From an uncultured Actinomycetes bacterium (lineage in GTDB: Bacteria; Actinomycetota; Thermoleophilia; UBA2241), in the NCBI GenBank assembly GCA_963709345.1, contig CAVPVX010000004.1, positions 288,001-352,000 of the forward strand: a stretch of DNA of 64,000 nucleotides, in the 5' to 3' direction. Shown in pieces: positions 53,567 through 63,998 of this stretch (position 1 is its first letter; the number at the start of each line of letters is the position of its first letter). The notes below the pieces were generated by a model that worked only from the letters and a program-made list of their open reading frames with translations, had not been told where the DNA came from and did not search any database. The position numbers and the translations under genes were made by a program.

Positions 53567-55157
53567 ATGCACCGGGCGAGCCTGCACGACCCTGCCCTTG
53601 AGGTATCCGAAGGTGTTGCCGATGTTGAGAACATGGGCGACACCACACTGAGCGAGAGGCGCGCGGAGCGCCTGGACCGCGGTTCCCGCGCGGCTGAAGC
53701 GGCCGGCGGAGCGCGGAGGCGCCCGTCCGCCCTGCGCGTGGCCGCGACGCTGGCGGCCGACGCGGCGGCTTTGGCCGTGTCCGCCATCTTCGTCGCCTGG
53801 ATCGTCGCGGGTCTGGGGTCGGTGAGTGTGATCGACAGGCTCGGTGGGCCCTTCGTCAGCGAGCCCGGGGTCGGCCTTCTCCTGTTCCTCGCCCTGATAC
53901 CGTACTGGCTCGCGGTGCTCTGGGCCTTCGGCCTGTACCGCGAGCCGGGGCGCAGCATCGGCGGCTTCAACCTGGGCGAGGCCCTGAACGGTCTCACGTC
54001 GCTGACGTCGGCGAGCTGGCTGCTCCTCATCATCATGGTGCTCAGCCTGGGTATCACGCGCGCCGGTGGCCCCTCTCATCATCTACTGGGCTCTGGCCGC
54101 GGTGATCGTGCCTTCGGCGCGGTGGGTCAGCCGCGTCACCGTCTGGTCCAGGCCGGCCTTCCAGGAGCGGGTGCTGATCATCGGCGCCGGTGAGGTGGGT
54201 CACACCATCGCGGCGAAGATCAGCGCGCACCCCGAGTATCACATCAAGCTCGTCGGCTTTCTCGACGACGGAGAGCCGCGTCGCAACGGCGACGGCGGCC
54301 CCCCGCTTCCCGTCATCGGCACCCTCGACGACCTCGAGCGCCATCGTCTCGGACGAGCGGGTCGACCGCGTGATCGTCGCCTTCTCGCGCGCCCGACACA
54401 ACGACTTCCTGCGGGTGGTGCGTGCCTGCGCCGACGACGGCGTCAAGGTCAACATCGTGCCGCGCCTCTTCGAAGTGGTCAGCTCGCGGGCGCTCGTGGA
54501 CGACGTCGAGGGCATCCCGCTTGCTCGACGTCGGGCACGTGGAGCTGAGCCGCTTCAACATGGCCGTCAAGCGCGGCTTCGACCTTGTGGTCGGCGGCCT
54601 GCTCTGCATCCCGATCCTGCCGATCCTCGCCGTGGTCGCCGTCGTCATCAAGCTCGACTCGCCGGGTCCCGTCTTCTACCGGCAGGAGCGCATGGGCCGC
54701 GGCGGCAAGACCTTCACGATCTTCAAGTTCCGCTCCATGTATGTAGGGCGCGGATGAGGAACGGCTGGAGCTGGCCGAGGGGCAGAACGACTACAGCGGG
54801 CCGATGTTCAAGCTCAAGGACGACCCGCGGATCACCCGCGTCGGCGGCGTCCTGCGTCGCTGGAGCATCGACGAGCTGCCGCAGATCCTCAACGTGATGA
54901 AGGGCGACATGAGCCTCGTCGGTCCGCGGCCGCTGTGGGTCGAGGAGGCCAAGCAGTGCCGGGGCTGGACGCAGAAGCGTCTGGACATCACGCCCGGCAT
55001 CACCGGGCTCTGGCAGGTGCTCGGCCGCACGAACATCCCGTTCGACGAGATGGTCAAGCTCGACTACATGTACGTCACCGGCTGGAGCCTGAGCTGGGAT
55101 GTCAAGCTGCTGTTTCAGACGGTCCCGGCGGTGCTCAACAAGCGCGGGGCGTACTGA
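53567..55157 (+). pseudogene. Priming polyprenyl glycosylphosphotransferase (WcaJ/WbaP-like), interrupted by four +1 frameshifts (pseudogene or sequencing error)
   Basis: Segments in successive frames: TM region; 'RVLIIGAG...VGFLDD'; 'VDRVIVA...VNIVPRL'; 'KRGFDL...IKLDSPGPVFYRQERMG..GK.F.IFKFRSM'; 'DDPRITRVG..LRRWSIDELPQ..NV.KGDMSLVGPRP...PGITGLWQV'. Shifts near 54060, 54338, 54520 and 54747. Confidence 0.85.
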
Positions 55158-55277
55158 CCCGGGAGCGGCGGCGCCTCGCGGCCCTTCCCGGCGGAGAGAG
55201 CGCGCTGAACGGTATACTGCTGGCGGCTTGGCGAGCACGGTACGACTCTGGCGGCCACCCGATAGCGGCGGAGGGCA

Positions 55278-56483
55278 GTGCGCGAACCACATCACATCCT
55301 GATCCTCGTCGAGAATCTCTCGGTGCCGTTCGATCGCCGGGTCTGGCACGAGTGCACGACCTTGGTCTCGGCCGGGTTCGAGGTCTCCGTCATATGCCCG
55401 CAGGGCGAGCGTCACGATCGCGAGGCCTACGCGGAGATCGAGGGCGTGCGCATCCTTCGGTATCCACCGCCGCCCAGTGCCCGATCGCTCGCCGGCTACG
55501 TGCGTGAGTACCCGTTCATGCTGTGGTGGACCCTGCGCCTCGCTCGCCGGATCTGGCGGGTATGCCCGTTCGACGTGATCCACGCGGGCAATCCGCCCGA
55601 CCTCTTCTTCCTGATCGGCGGGCTCTTCCGGCCGAAGGGCGTGGCCTTCGTCTACGATCAGCACGACGCCGGTCCGGAGATTCTTCTGGCGAAGCGGGGT
55701 GGCGTGCAGAAGAGAGGCATCCCGGAGCTTGTTGTGGAGTGGGCCGAACGGTGCACGTATGCGCTCGCGGACGTCGTCATCGCCCCGAACGATTCCTACA
55801 AGCGCTTGGCCACGACCCGCGGACACAAGGATCCCGGTGATGTGATCGTCGTGCGCAGCGCCCCTCGCCGGGAGGAGTTCTCGATCAGCCGCCGCGGCTT
55901 CGACCGCCGCGGTCACCACCACCTCGTCGGGTATCTGGGCGTGATGGGCAAGCAGGACGGCGTGGACCTGCTCGTGCGCGCCGTGGGGCTTCTCATGCAC
56001 GAGGGGTACGACATCCTGCTGTATCTCGCCGGAGACGGCGAGGCCCGGAGCGAGATCGAGGAGCTCGTGAAGGAGCTCGGCATCGAGGACAACGTGCTCA
56101 TGCCGGGCTACCAGACTCATGAGGAGTTCACCCCCGCGCTCGCGAACGCGGATGTCTGCGTCGCTCCCGACCCGCCGAGTCCCTTCAACGACATCTCGAC
56201 GATGAACAAGATCATCGAGTACATGGCGCTGGGCTGCGCCTCCGTCGCCTTCGGGCTTCCGGAGAACCGCACGACCGGCGGGGATGCTGTGGCATACGCG
56301 GATTCCGGCGAGTGGCCGTCCCTCGCGCGAGCGATCGCGCGGCTGCTCGACGACGATGAGGCGAGGGCCGAGATGGGCGCCCGTGCTCGCGAACGGTTCG
56401 AACGGGTCCTCGCCTGGGAGTATCAGGCGCCCCGTCTTCTGGCGGCGTACGAAAGGCTGCGGCAGAAGGTGGTGGGCCGTTGA
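55278..56483 (+). CDS. Glycosyltransferase family 4 protein
   Basis: 'VENLSVPFDRRVW.E', 'HAGNPPD', 'YLGVMG.QDG', 'STMNKIIEYMALG'. Confidence 0.9.
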   Translation: MREPHHILILVENLSVPFDRRVWHECTTLVSAGFEVSVICPQGERHDREAYAEIEGVRILRYPPPPSARSLAGYVREYPFMLWWTLRLARRIWRVCPFDVIHAGNPPDLFFLIGGLFRPKGVAFVYDQHDAGPEILLAKRGGVQKRGIPELVVEWAERCTYALADVVIAPNDSYKRLATTRGHKDPGDVIVVRSAPRREEFSISRRGFDRRGHHHLVGYLGVMGKQDGVDLLVRAVGLLMHEGYDILLYLAGDGEARSEIEELVKELGIEDNVLMPGYQTHEEFTPALANADVCVAPDPPSPFNDISTMNKIIEYMALGCASVAFGLPENRTTGGDAVAYADSGEWPSLARAIARLLDDDEARAEMGARARERFERVLAWEYQAPRLLAAYERLRQKVVGR

Positions 56484-57481
56484 GGGGTGCAGCGATGCCG
56501 GCGTGCCACGACCACTGGCGCGGCCTCTTCCTGTCGTGGGCGCCGTTCTCTCGTCGCACCGAGACGCTGGCGGCCGAGTTCGGCTTGGATGCGCGGTTCA
56601 TTGTCACCCCGTGGCCGAAGCGGCCGTGGACGGCGCCCGTCAAGTACCCGTTGCAGGCGCTGCGCACGGCGCAGGAACTGGGCCACGGCGGCGTGAGCGA
56701 GCTGTGGATCATGGATCCGCCGTCCCCGCTGGTGACGCTGGCGGGGGCGTGGGCGCGCCGCCATGGAGTCCCCACCGTGGTGGACATGCACACTGTGGCC
56801 TTCTTCGCCCGCGAATGGCGGCTGTTTCGGCCCGTCGAGCTGTCCTGGTTGCGCACCGCCGCGGCAGTCATCGTCACGAACGACGAGCTGGCGGAGCAGG
56901 TGCGGGCCTGGGGCGCACGGGCGTTCGTGCTGCCCGACCCGTTGCCTGCCGTACCGGCCGGCGTCGGCGGCCTTGCCGACGTTCTCGACCCCGGCCTCGT
57001 CACAGTCGTTGCGACGTACTCGAAGGACGAACCACTGGAGCTCCTCCCGGCCGTCGCCGAAAGTCTGCCGCAGTTGCGGTTCGCCGTGACGGGAGCGCCG
57101 CGCGGCGACCTCGGGCGCTGGCCGGCCAATCTGACCCCGACGGGCTTCCTCAGCGACCGGGAGTACTGGAGGCAGCTGGCCCGGTCGGCGGTGGTCGTCG
57201 TGCTGACGACGCGGCCGGCGACTCTCCTCTCCGGTGGCTACGAGGCCGTCGCGCTCGGGCGGCCGCTGGTCACCTCCGACCACGCAGTACTGAGAGACTA
57301 CTTCGGGCAGGCTGCCGTGTACGCGCCGGCCGACTCACGGCTGCTGAGCGCGGCGGTGGGCGAGGCTGTCGCTCACGGGTCTGAGCTCGTCGAGCGCATC
57401 GTCGCTCTCCGCGCCGTGCGCGAGGCCGGATGGGGCCGCGCTGCGGCGCGGCTGCGGGCCGTCTTGGGGAGGGCAGGGTGA
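56480..57481 (+). CDS. GT-B fold glycosyltransferase (GT4-like)
   Basis: 'VVDMH', 'IVTN', 'TYSKDEP', 'TGFL', 'GGYEAVALGRPLVTSD'. Overlapping start/stop codons within the operon. Confidence 0.8.
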   Translation: MRGAAMPACHDHWRGLFLSWAPFSRRTETLAAEFGLDARFIVTPWPKRPWTAPVKYPLQALRTAQELGHGGVSELWIMDPPSPLVTLAGAWARRHGVPTVVDMHTVAFFAREWRLFRPVELSWLRTAAAVIVTNDELAEQVRAWGARAFVLPDPLPAVPAGVGGLADVLDPGLVTVVATYSKDEPLELLPAVAESLPQLRFAVTGAPRGDLGRWPANLTPTGFLSDREYWRQLARSAVVVVLTTRPATLLSGGYEAVALGRPLVTSDHAVLRDYFGQAAVYAPADSRLLSAAVGEAVAHGSELVERIVALRAVREAGWGRAAARLRAVLGRAG

Positions 57482-59409
57482 GCGGCGTCGTCGCGATCCT
57501 GTCGTCCGACCCCTCCCGCTCGTCGGTCGGCGCGAGCGGTCTTGAGCGGCTCGACCACGTCGACGGCTACGTACGGGAGTCGGCCGAGAGCGGCGCAGTC
57601 TGGCTCGGCGTCTGCGGGGACCCGCGCGCGGTGAGCATCGTCGTCGAAGGGGCCGGTCCGGGGGCCGACGGCGTCGTGGAGGCGTCGGCATCCGCCGCGG
57701 CGACGGCCCTCGCAGTCTTCTCCGGTCACCTGCTCAATCGCGCGCGGCTGACCCGCGAGCTGGGTCTCGACGGGTCCGCGGAGCCGGCGACCGTGGCGCT
57801 TGCGGCGTATCGTCGCTGGGGCAGCCGCCTGTTCGACCGGCTCGAAGGAGCCTTCGGGGTGATCGTCCACGACGCCCGCAGCGGAGTCACGCTCGCCGGC
57901 AGCGACCCGTGCTGTGTGGCTCCGCTGTTCGCCACGACGCTGGGTGAGGACGTGTGCATCTCGAGCGAAGCCAAAGCGTTCGTGGCTCACCCCCGATTTC
58001 GCTCCTCGCTGGACCGGCGTTCGCTGGGCGAGCTCATCAGCTTCGGGCACACGCTCGGAGGCAGGCCGCTGTTCGAAGGCGTCGAGGGGCTGCCGCACGG
58101 AGGCCACTTCGAGGTCGCGGGTGGGTCTCTCGCGGTGGTGCGGCACTGGGACGTCAGGGACGTGGGGGCGCCCTCGCTGCGAGGCGTGACGTATCTCGAC
58201 CGCCTGGAACTGGTGGTCCGCGAGCTGTCGGCCGAGGCCTACGCGGAGCCCGGCGTCCTCCTGCCGTTGACCGGCGGGCTCGACTCACGTCTCTTCGCCG
58301 CCGCCGCTCCCGCCGACCGGGGTGTGAGGGCGCTCACCTTCGGGGCGCCGGCGGACCACGACTGCGCCCTCGCGGCTCGTGTGGCCGCGGCCCGCGGCAT
58401 CCCGCACGCAGTGCTGCCTCTCGACCCGGCGTACGTGGGCAAGTTCGCGGCCGAGGCGGTCTGGCTCGTGGAGGGCCGCCTCAACCCGGTCGGCAACATC
58501 ACCGGCAGCCTGATGGACGGTCTGCGGCCGGCGACCGCCTTTGTCAGCGGTGCCGGGGCTGCGGCCGGTCGCCACTTCAGCCGCTCCAAGATGCTCGTTC
58601 CGGACTGGGCGTGGGACCACGCGAGCGACGGCGACTATGAGCGGTTCTTCGCGACGCGAGTGGAGCAGAACGGACTCCCCTGGCACCGCATCGCGGACCT
58701 CGTCGTCGACGGTGCGGAGTTGCGGGCGGCCGCAGAGCGGCGCCGGCTGGGGATCCTCGCGTCCACGCGGGGTCGGCCCGCAGTGGACCGGCAGGACCTC
58801 TACGTGGTGCAGGAGGACGAACGCTTCGGCCAGACCGGTCTGGCGATCGCCGACCTCTGGGTGCAGGCTCGGGCTCCTCTCCTGACGCGCCGCTGGATAG
58901 AGGCCATGCTCTCGGGTGTTCCGTCGGAGCGGATCGACGATATCGCGCGGCTGCGACTCCTTGCGCGCCTCGACCGGCGGGTCGCCGCCGTGCCATGGTC
59001 TCTCACGCATCTGTCGCTGCCCGCCAGCGCCAAGGTGCTTCGTGCCCTCAGGCTTGTCGGCCGACTGGCGCCTCGCCGTCTCGAGCCGCAGGCGACGGCC
59101 GGTCGAACGGCGCCGACGAAGGGACGGACCGGCGAGGCGCTCAGCGCGCTGCAACACCGGCTGTATCGCCACGCGGACAGCAGAGACGAGTGGCTGCGCG
59201 GGCCCTCGCGGGCGGGCGTCGAGGAGATCCTGCTCTCACCGCGCCTCGCCGACCACGGCGTCTTCCGCCCCTCCGCCGTGCGCGCTCTCGTGGCCGAGCA
59301 CATGGCCGGAGGCGCGCTGGCGTCGGCGCTCGGCATCGTCCTCCAGGTGGAGCTGTGGCAGCGGTTCTTCGAGGACGGCGACCCGCCGCCTCCCGTGAGG
59401 CGCGCATGA
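57478..59409 (+). CDS. Asparagine synthetase-like amidotransferase associated with polysaccharide modification
   Basis: Ntn-like 'YRRWG..LF.RLEGAF', 'SSEAKA'; PP-loop 'LTGGLDSR'; 'LELWQR'-type C-terminus. The N-terminus is 'MSGVVAI' (no Cys2). Confidence 0.8.
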   Translation: MSGVVAILSSDPSRSSVGASGLERLDHVDGYVRESAESGAVWLGVCGDPRAVSIVVEGAGPGADGVVEASASAAATALAVFSGHLLNRARLTRELGLDGSAEPATVALAAYRRWGSRLFDRLEGAFGVIVHDARSGVTLAGSDPCCVAPLFATTLGEDVCISSEAKAFVAHPRFRSSLDRRSLGELISFGHTLGGRPLFEGVEGLPHGGHFEVAGGSLAVVRHWDVRDVGAPSLRGVTYLDRLELVVRELSAEAYAEPGVLLPLTGGLDSRLFAAAAPADRGVRALTFGAPADHDCALAARVAAARGIPHAVLPLDPAYVGKFAAEAVWLVEGRLNPVGNITGSLMDGLRPATAFVSGAGAAAGRHFSRSKMLVPDWAWDHASDGDYERFFATRVEQNGLPWHRIADLVVDGAELRAAAERRRLGILASTRGRPAVDRQDLYVVQEDERFGQTGLAIADLWVQARAPLLTRRWIEAMLSGVPSERIDDIARLRLLARLDRRVAAVPWSLTHLSLPASAKVLRALRLVGRLAPRRLEPQATAGRTAPTKGRTGEALSALQHRLYRHADSRDEWLRGPSRAGVEEILLSPRLADHGVFRPSAVRALVAEHMAGGALASALGIVLQVELWQRFFEDGDPPPPVRRA

Positions 59410-60560
59410 TGCGCATCGTCATGTTCGGGCACAACGACTGGTGGGTGTGGGATCGACAGGGCTTCTGCACGCGCAACGCGGCCTTGGCGCGCGAACTCGC
59501 GGCGAGAGACGCCGTGTCCGGGCTCCTCGTCGTCGACTCGCCGCGCTGGGGCGCACGCACGCACAGGCCTGCCGAGGCGCGGGCGGACGAAGTCACTCCC
59601 GTCGGGCCGGGGATCCTGGCGGTCCGGTACTCGTATCCGCTGCCGCTGCCCTCGACCTGGCCTGCGGGGCGGCGCCTCAACGAGAGTCTCTCCGCGCCGC
59701 GCCTTGGGAAGCGCCTCGCCGCCGCCGACGGCGGCGGACCGGTCGTCCTCTGGGTCGCGGACCCGAGACTCGTGGCTGCCGCGCTGCGTGTGCCGCACGA
59801 CGTGTTCGTCTTCGACGCCATCGACGACTGGCGCCAGCATCCCTGGGCCGGACCCGAGCTTGTCCGCCGCGGCTACGAGCTCGCCGGTCGGCGCGCCGAC
59901 GTCGTGTTCTCCGTCCATCCCCGGCTGCTCGAGATCATCCAGCCGCGCGGTCACGGCGAAGTCCTCTTCAACGCGGTGGACGTGCAGCTGTGGTCGGAGG
60001 CCCGGCCGGCCGCCGATGTGGCCACAGGGTCGCGACCACTGGTCGGCTATGTCGGCATGATCCAGCGACGCGTCGACGCGCACCTGCTGAGCGGTACGGC
60101 TGGCCTGTTGCCTCAGGCACGGTTCATGCTGGTCGGCAGGGTGTCACCGTCTTACCGGGACGAGGTCGGAGGCCTGGGGTCAAATGTGTGGCTGACGGGG
60201 CCGAAACCGCACGCGGAGGTGCCGGGACTCGTCGCCGCGTGTGACGTGTGCATCGTGCCGCACACGCGGGATGCTCTGACGGCGACGATGGATCCGCTCA
60301 AGCTGTACGAGTACGTCGCCGCCGGCAAGCCCGTCGTGAGCACCGTCTCGTCGCCCAATCCTGCCGTGGCCTCCGAGGTGACGCTCGTGGACGGTGAAGA
60401 GGCGTTCGCCGCGGCCATCCTCTCGGAGGCGGCGTATGACGACGCTTCGCGTCGCCTGCGCCGCCGTGCGGCGCTCGCCGGCGAGACCTGGCCGCGGCGA
60501 GCCGACCGCATCTTGCAGGTGATCGGCTCGGCGCTTGACGGGCACGGGAGCTCGCCGTGA
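59406..60560 (+). CDS. Glycosyltransferase (GT4/TuaH-like)
   Basis: 'VFDAIDDW', 'NAVD', 'VGYVG.I..RVD', 'DVCIVP', 'DPLKLYEYVAAGKPVVST'. Confidence 0.88.
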   Translation: MMRIVMFGHNDWWVWDRQGFCTRNAALARELAARDAVSGLLVVDSPRWGARTHRPAEARADEVTPVGPGILAVRYSYPLPLPSTWPAGRRLNESLSAPRLGKRLAAADGGGPVVLWVADPRLVAAALRVPHDVFVFDAIDDWRQHPWAGPELVRRGYELAGRRADVVFSVHPRLLEIIQPRGHGEVLFNAVDVQLWSEARPAADVATGSRPLVGYVGMIQRRVDAHLLSGTAGLLPQARFMLVGRVSPSYRDEVGGLGSNVWLTGPKPHAEVPGLVAACDVCIVPHTRDALTATMDPLKLYEYVAAGKPVVSTVSSPNPAVASEVTLVDGEEAFAAAILSEAAYDDASRRLRRRAALAGETWPRRADRILQVIGSALDGHGSSP

Positions 60561-61472
60561 GCGTCTGGGCCGTCGTGGCCCATTTTGGCCGACCCCGCCA
60601 TCACCGCTCGCGCCGTCGTCGCGCTGCTGCATGGCGCCGTCGCACCGGACGTCGTGCTGGTCATCGACAACCAGGGAGACCTGGTGGCGCTTGAGGGCGT
60701 CGACCTGACCGCGACCACACGCGGCGCGTCTCCGGTCGTTCAGTTCGTGCGGCCCTCGCGCAATGTCGGCTTCGCCGGGGCGTGTGCTGAGGGGTCCCGT
60801 CGCGCGCTCGCCGCAGGAGCCGACTGGGTCTGGCTCTTCAACAACGACGCCGTGGCGGACCCCGGCTGCCTGTCGGAACTCCTCGCAGCCGGTACGGCCT
60901 TTCCGCGCGCCGGGCTCCTGAGCCCGGTGATCTCGCTGCGCGGCGGCGCCGGGTTCTGGTATGCCGGCGGGGATGTTGCGCCCAACACGCTGCAGGTGAC
61001 TCATCACGCCGAACCCCGGAAGACAGTGCCTCACAGTACCGGCTTCATCACCGGTTGCGCTTGGCTGGCTCGGTCGGCCTTCATCGCCGATTGCGGCCCG
61101 CCTGACGCCAGCCTCTTTCTCTATTTTGAAGACGTCGACTGGACGTTGCGGGCGCGCGCCGCCGGATGGGACACTTTGCTGGTGCCGACGGCCCTCGTGA
61201 CTCACGACGTTGAATACGCCGATGGCCGCAGGGTGTTCTCATCGATCGCAGTCTACTATATGTCTCGCAACCGACTTCTCGTGGCTCGTCGTTGGGGGTC
61301 GCTTCCGGCGGCGTTCGTGGGCGCGGTCTCGTGGGGCGCGCGCCAAACGCTCAAGTGCCGCTCGCGCACGGTCGCCGCGTCCGTGACGACGGCCGTGCTC
61401 GCTGGTCTGCGCGACGGGCTGGTGGGCAGGCGCGGCTCGATTCCCCTGTCCTTGGCGAGGAGGCTCGTATGA
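60557..61472 (+). CDS. Glycosyltransferase family 2 protein; apparent +1 frameshift near 60590
   Basis: The GTG at 60557 overlaps the previous stop and gives 'SVWAVVAHFG'. It continues in the +1 frame as 'DPAIT...VIDN...NVGFAGA...WLFNNDA...GCAWL...FLYFEDVDW..RA...RNR'. Confidence 0.85.
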
Positions 61473-61662
61473 ACCGGGCCATCGTATCGGCCTGCGACGA
61501 TCTCTGGCTGTGGATTCCGGCGGCCGTGATTCGACCTATCCGGGCAGGCCTTTCGGCGTTGGACTCGGTAGCGCTGGCTGCGGCATTCCGAATCGCGAGG
61601 CCGAAGTGTCTCAGCCAGGCTGCTCCAGATGGCTCATTGACCGTCACGTGCGCTGATCATCA

Positions 61663-63162
61663 GTGCCCGGCGTCGACGGCGCTCCTGGAGAGACTCCGGT
61701 GATCGGCCGCCTCGCCCACCGTCGCGACGACGTCCTCGTCTGGGGCTTCGTCGCCGCCGTGGAACTGGTCGTCGTCCTGGCCGCCTTTCGCTCGCCGGGG
61801 CTCGCCGCCGCCCTCGCCGCCGCCGTCGGGATCCTGGCGCTTCTCTCGCTCGTGATCGGCTCTCGTCGCGGGACGCTCCTGATCGGCGGAGTCCTCGTCG
61901 CCGTGACGATCGTGCTACCGGGCGATCTTGCCCTGCAGTATCGCCTCCCGGTCGGCGGCGGCGGCATCTTCATCGTCGACTTTCTGCTCGCGCTGCTGCT
62001 CGCCAGCCTCGCGCTGTACGTACTCGCGCAGCGCGAGAGGCCGCCGATGATCGAGTCGCCTGTGCGTCTGCCCGTCGGCCTGTTTCTCGGCTGGGTCCTC
62101 GTCGCCGCCCTGATTGGCATGATGAGCGGGAACGAGGCGAAGCTGGTCCTGCAGGACGCCCGCTCCCTGGCGTACTACGTTCTCTTCTTCGCCGTGGTGA
62201 TCCTGGCGACGGACCGCCGCTCCGTCATCGCTTTCATGCGGCTGCTCGCCGTGTGTGTACCCATCGTCTTCGCGCTCGGCATCGTCTTCGCCGCTCTCGG
62301 CCAGGGGATGGCGCTCGACTACGTCGAGCCGGGCGTCAGCCGGTTCCCGGCGCCCGACGACGTCTTTCTCATGAGCTCGGTGATGACGCTGACGTTCATC
62401 GCGGTCTGGCCGTCCGGCCGCACCCGGCCGCGGTGGCTGTGGCTCCTCCTCCTCGTCTCGCTGCTCGGGCTCGTCCTCTCTCTCGTGCGCGGCAACTGGG
62501 TGGCCTTCGCCGTGTCGGTCGTGTACCTGCTGCTCGTGCTGCGCGTGCGCGAGCGCGTGCGTCTGGTCGTGGTCTCCCTCGTGCTCGCCGCCCTGTTCGC
62601 GGCCGGGCTGGCCGTGGCTCAGCCGGCGGTCTTTCGCTCGGTGATCTCCCGCGCCCTTGCGGTGACGGCGGTCGAGGACAGGAACGTGCAGTGGAGGCTC
62701 ATCGAGAACCGGGCGGTAGGCGAGCAGATCGCGCAGCGCCCCTGGGTCGGGAACGGCCTCGGCAAGGAGTACCTGTTCGACTGGTCGCGCTACGGCGTCG
62801 CTCCCTATCGCAAGACGTACATCCACAACGACTACTACTACTTCGTCCACCGATTGGGCGTCGTCGGATTCGCGCTGTTCATCTGGGTCGCGTTCGCCTA
62901 CCTCGTGCCCTGGATGAGGGCCCGTGCGACGCTTCCGCGGGACGATCCGTGGCTGCTCGGCCTCGTCTACGGCGGGCGAGCCATGTTCGTCGCGCTTCTC
63001 ACCGTCTCGGTCACGTCGCCGCGGCTCAGCGGCAAGTTGTCGGTGACGGTGCTCGCGGTCGTCATGGGCCTGTCGGAGGCGGCGCTGGTCATTCTCCGCG
63101 AGCGCGCGAGTGCCGAACTGGAAGAGCCGCGCGAAGCGCCTAGCGCAAAGGCCGAGGAGTGA
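61663..63162 (+). CDS. O-antigen ligase/polymerase (Wzy_C/WaaL-like) membrane protein
   Basis: About 12 TM helices. 'SLVRGNW', 'R.......PWVGNGLG', 'IHNDY......LG.VG'. The start codon is uncertain (61663 or 61678). Confidence 0.85.
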   Translation: MPGVDGAPGETPVIGRLAHRRDDVLVWGFVAAVELVVVLAAFRSPGLAAALAAAVGILALLSLVIGSRRGTLLIGGVLVAVTIVLPGDLALQYRLPVGGGGIFIVDFLLALLLASLALYVLAQRERPPMIESPVRLPVGLFLGWVLVAALIGMMSGNEAKLVLQDARSLAYYVLFFAVVILATDRRSVIAFMRLLAVCVPIVFALGIVFAALGQGMALDYVEPGVSRFPAPDDVFLMSSVMTLTFIAVWPSGRTRPRWLWLLLLVSLLGLVLSLVRGNWVAFAVSVVYLLLVLRVRERVRLVVVSLVLAALFAAGLAVAQPAVFRSVISRALAVTAVEDRNVQWRLIENRAVGEQIAQRPWVGNGLGKEYLFDWSRYGVAPYRKTYIHNDYYYFVHRLGVVGFALFIWVAFAYLVPWMRARATLPRDDPWLLGLVYGGRAMFVALLTVSVTSPRLSGKLSVTVLAVVMGLSEAALVILRERASAELEEPREAPSAKAEE

Positions 63163-63299
63163 TGGTGACCGGCCCGAGGAACTGCGGCTCGTAGCAGGAG
63201 TGTCGCGGCCCGTCGTCAAGGACGGCGCGGAGTCGCTCGCCGCCGAGCACCCGGTAGCCGATGGTGAAGGGTGGGAGGCACACGGCGACGTCGACGACG

Positions 63300-63803
63300 T
63301 CATCGGGGTTGGGTGAGCGTTCCGCGTCCGGCGCGAAGAACCTCGCCAGGTACGTCCACGCACGTCATGTAGTCCACCGTGCCCCCGCGCTCCGGTCGGT
63401 ACCTGCGCAGTATGGCGACCTCCGGCGCCGGTGTGGTTCCCCGGCCGTCTCCGTCGTTGTCCGGCCGCAGGGCGTGGTCCACGGCCCGGTCTGCGCACAG
63501 AGGGTTCGCCGTCGTGTCGAGCACCCCGGTGACGGTTGCGTCGTCGCCGGTCTGCGATGCGAGAGCGAGGGAGAAGGTCCGACGCGGGCTCCGGGGCTCT
63601 TCGGATGCGGCCATCCGCTCGCGTATCGCGCCGGCGAGGACTACCCGCGGCGCCCACACCTCGGCCCCGACGGTGCCGGGGGGTGTGAGGGAGGTGGTGG
63701 CCGTAGCCCGGCCGGGGGCAATCGAGAGTACTGCGGCGGCGATGCCGGCGAGCATCGCCGCCGCAGTGCGGACCAGTCTTCTTCGGCTGCGCCGCGGCGG
63801 CAT
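63300..63803 (-). CDS. Hypothetical exported protein
   Basis: Arg-rich N-terminus, hydrophobic stretch and an AxA site. No recognisable domain. Confidence 0.4.
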   Translation of the reverse strand: MPPRRSRRRLVRTAAAMLAGIAAAVLSIAPGRATATTSLTPPGTVGAEVWAPRVVLAGAIRERMAASEEPRSPRRTFSLALASQTGDDATVTGVLDTTANPLCADRAVDHALRPDNDGDGRGTTPAPEVAILRRYRPERGGTVDYMTCVDVPGEVLRAGRGTLTQPR

Positions 63804-63857
63804 GTGCTCGTGCCACCGTACCCCGCCGCCGCCCGTTACGGCTCGCGGCGGCTTGTA

Positions 63858-63998
63858 TCAGGGTTGCGTCAGCGTCGTAGGCCCAAGGAACTGGGACTCG
63901 TAGAAGCGTGTCCGCGAGTACTGTCCCCCGTTCACGTCGTCCAGGTACTGCTGCTCACCGAAGATGTGCCAGGCGGACTGGACGCGCGAGAGGTAGAG
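63858..63998 (-). CDS. C-terminal fragment of a gene starting beyond the window
   Basis: Minus-strand frame reads 'LYLSRVQSAWHIFGEQQYLDDVNGGQYSRTRFYESQFLGPTTLTQP*' with GC-rich third positions. Confidence 0.55.
   Translation of the reverse strand, partial: LYLSRVQSAWHIFGEQQYLDDVNGGQYSRTRFYESQFLGPTTLTQP

Noticed and set aside
61469-61702. Small ORF starting at the GT2 stop codon
   Set aside because: Atypical codon usage, no motif, and it overlaps the next gene. It is more likely intergenic.
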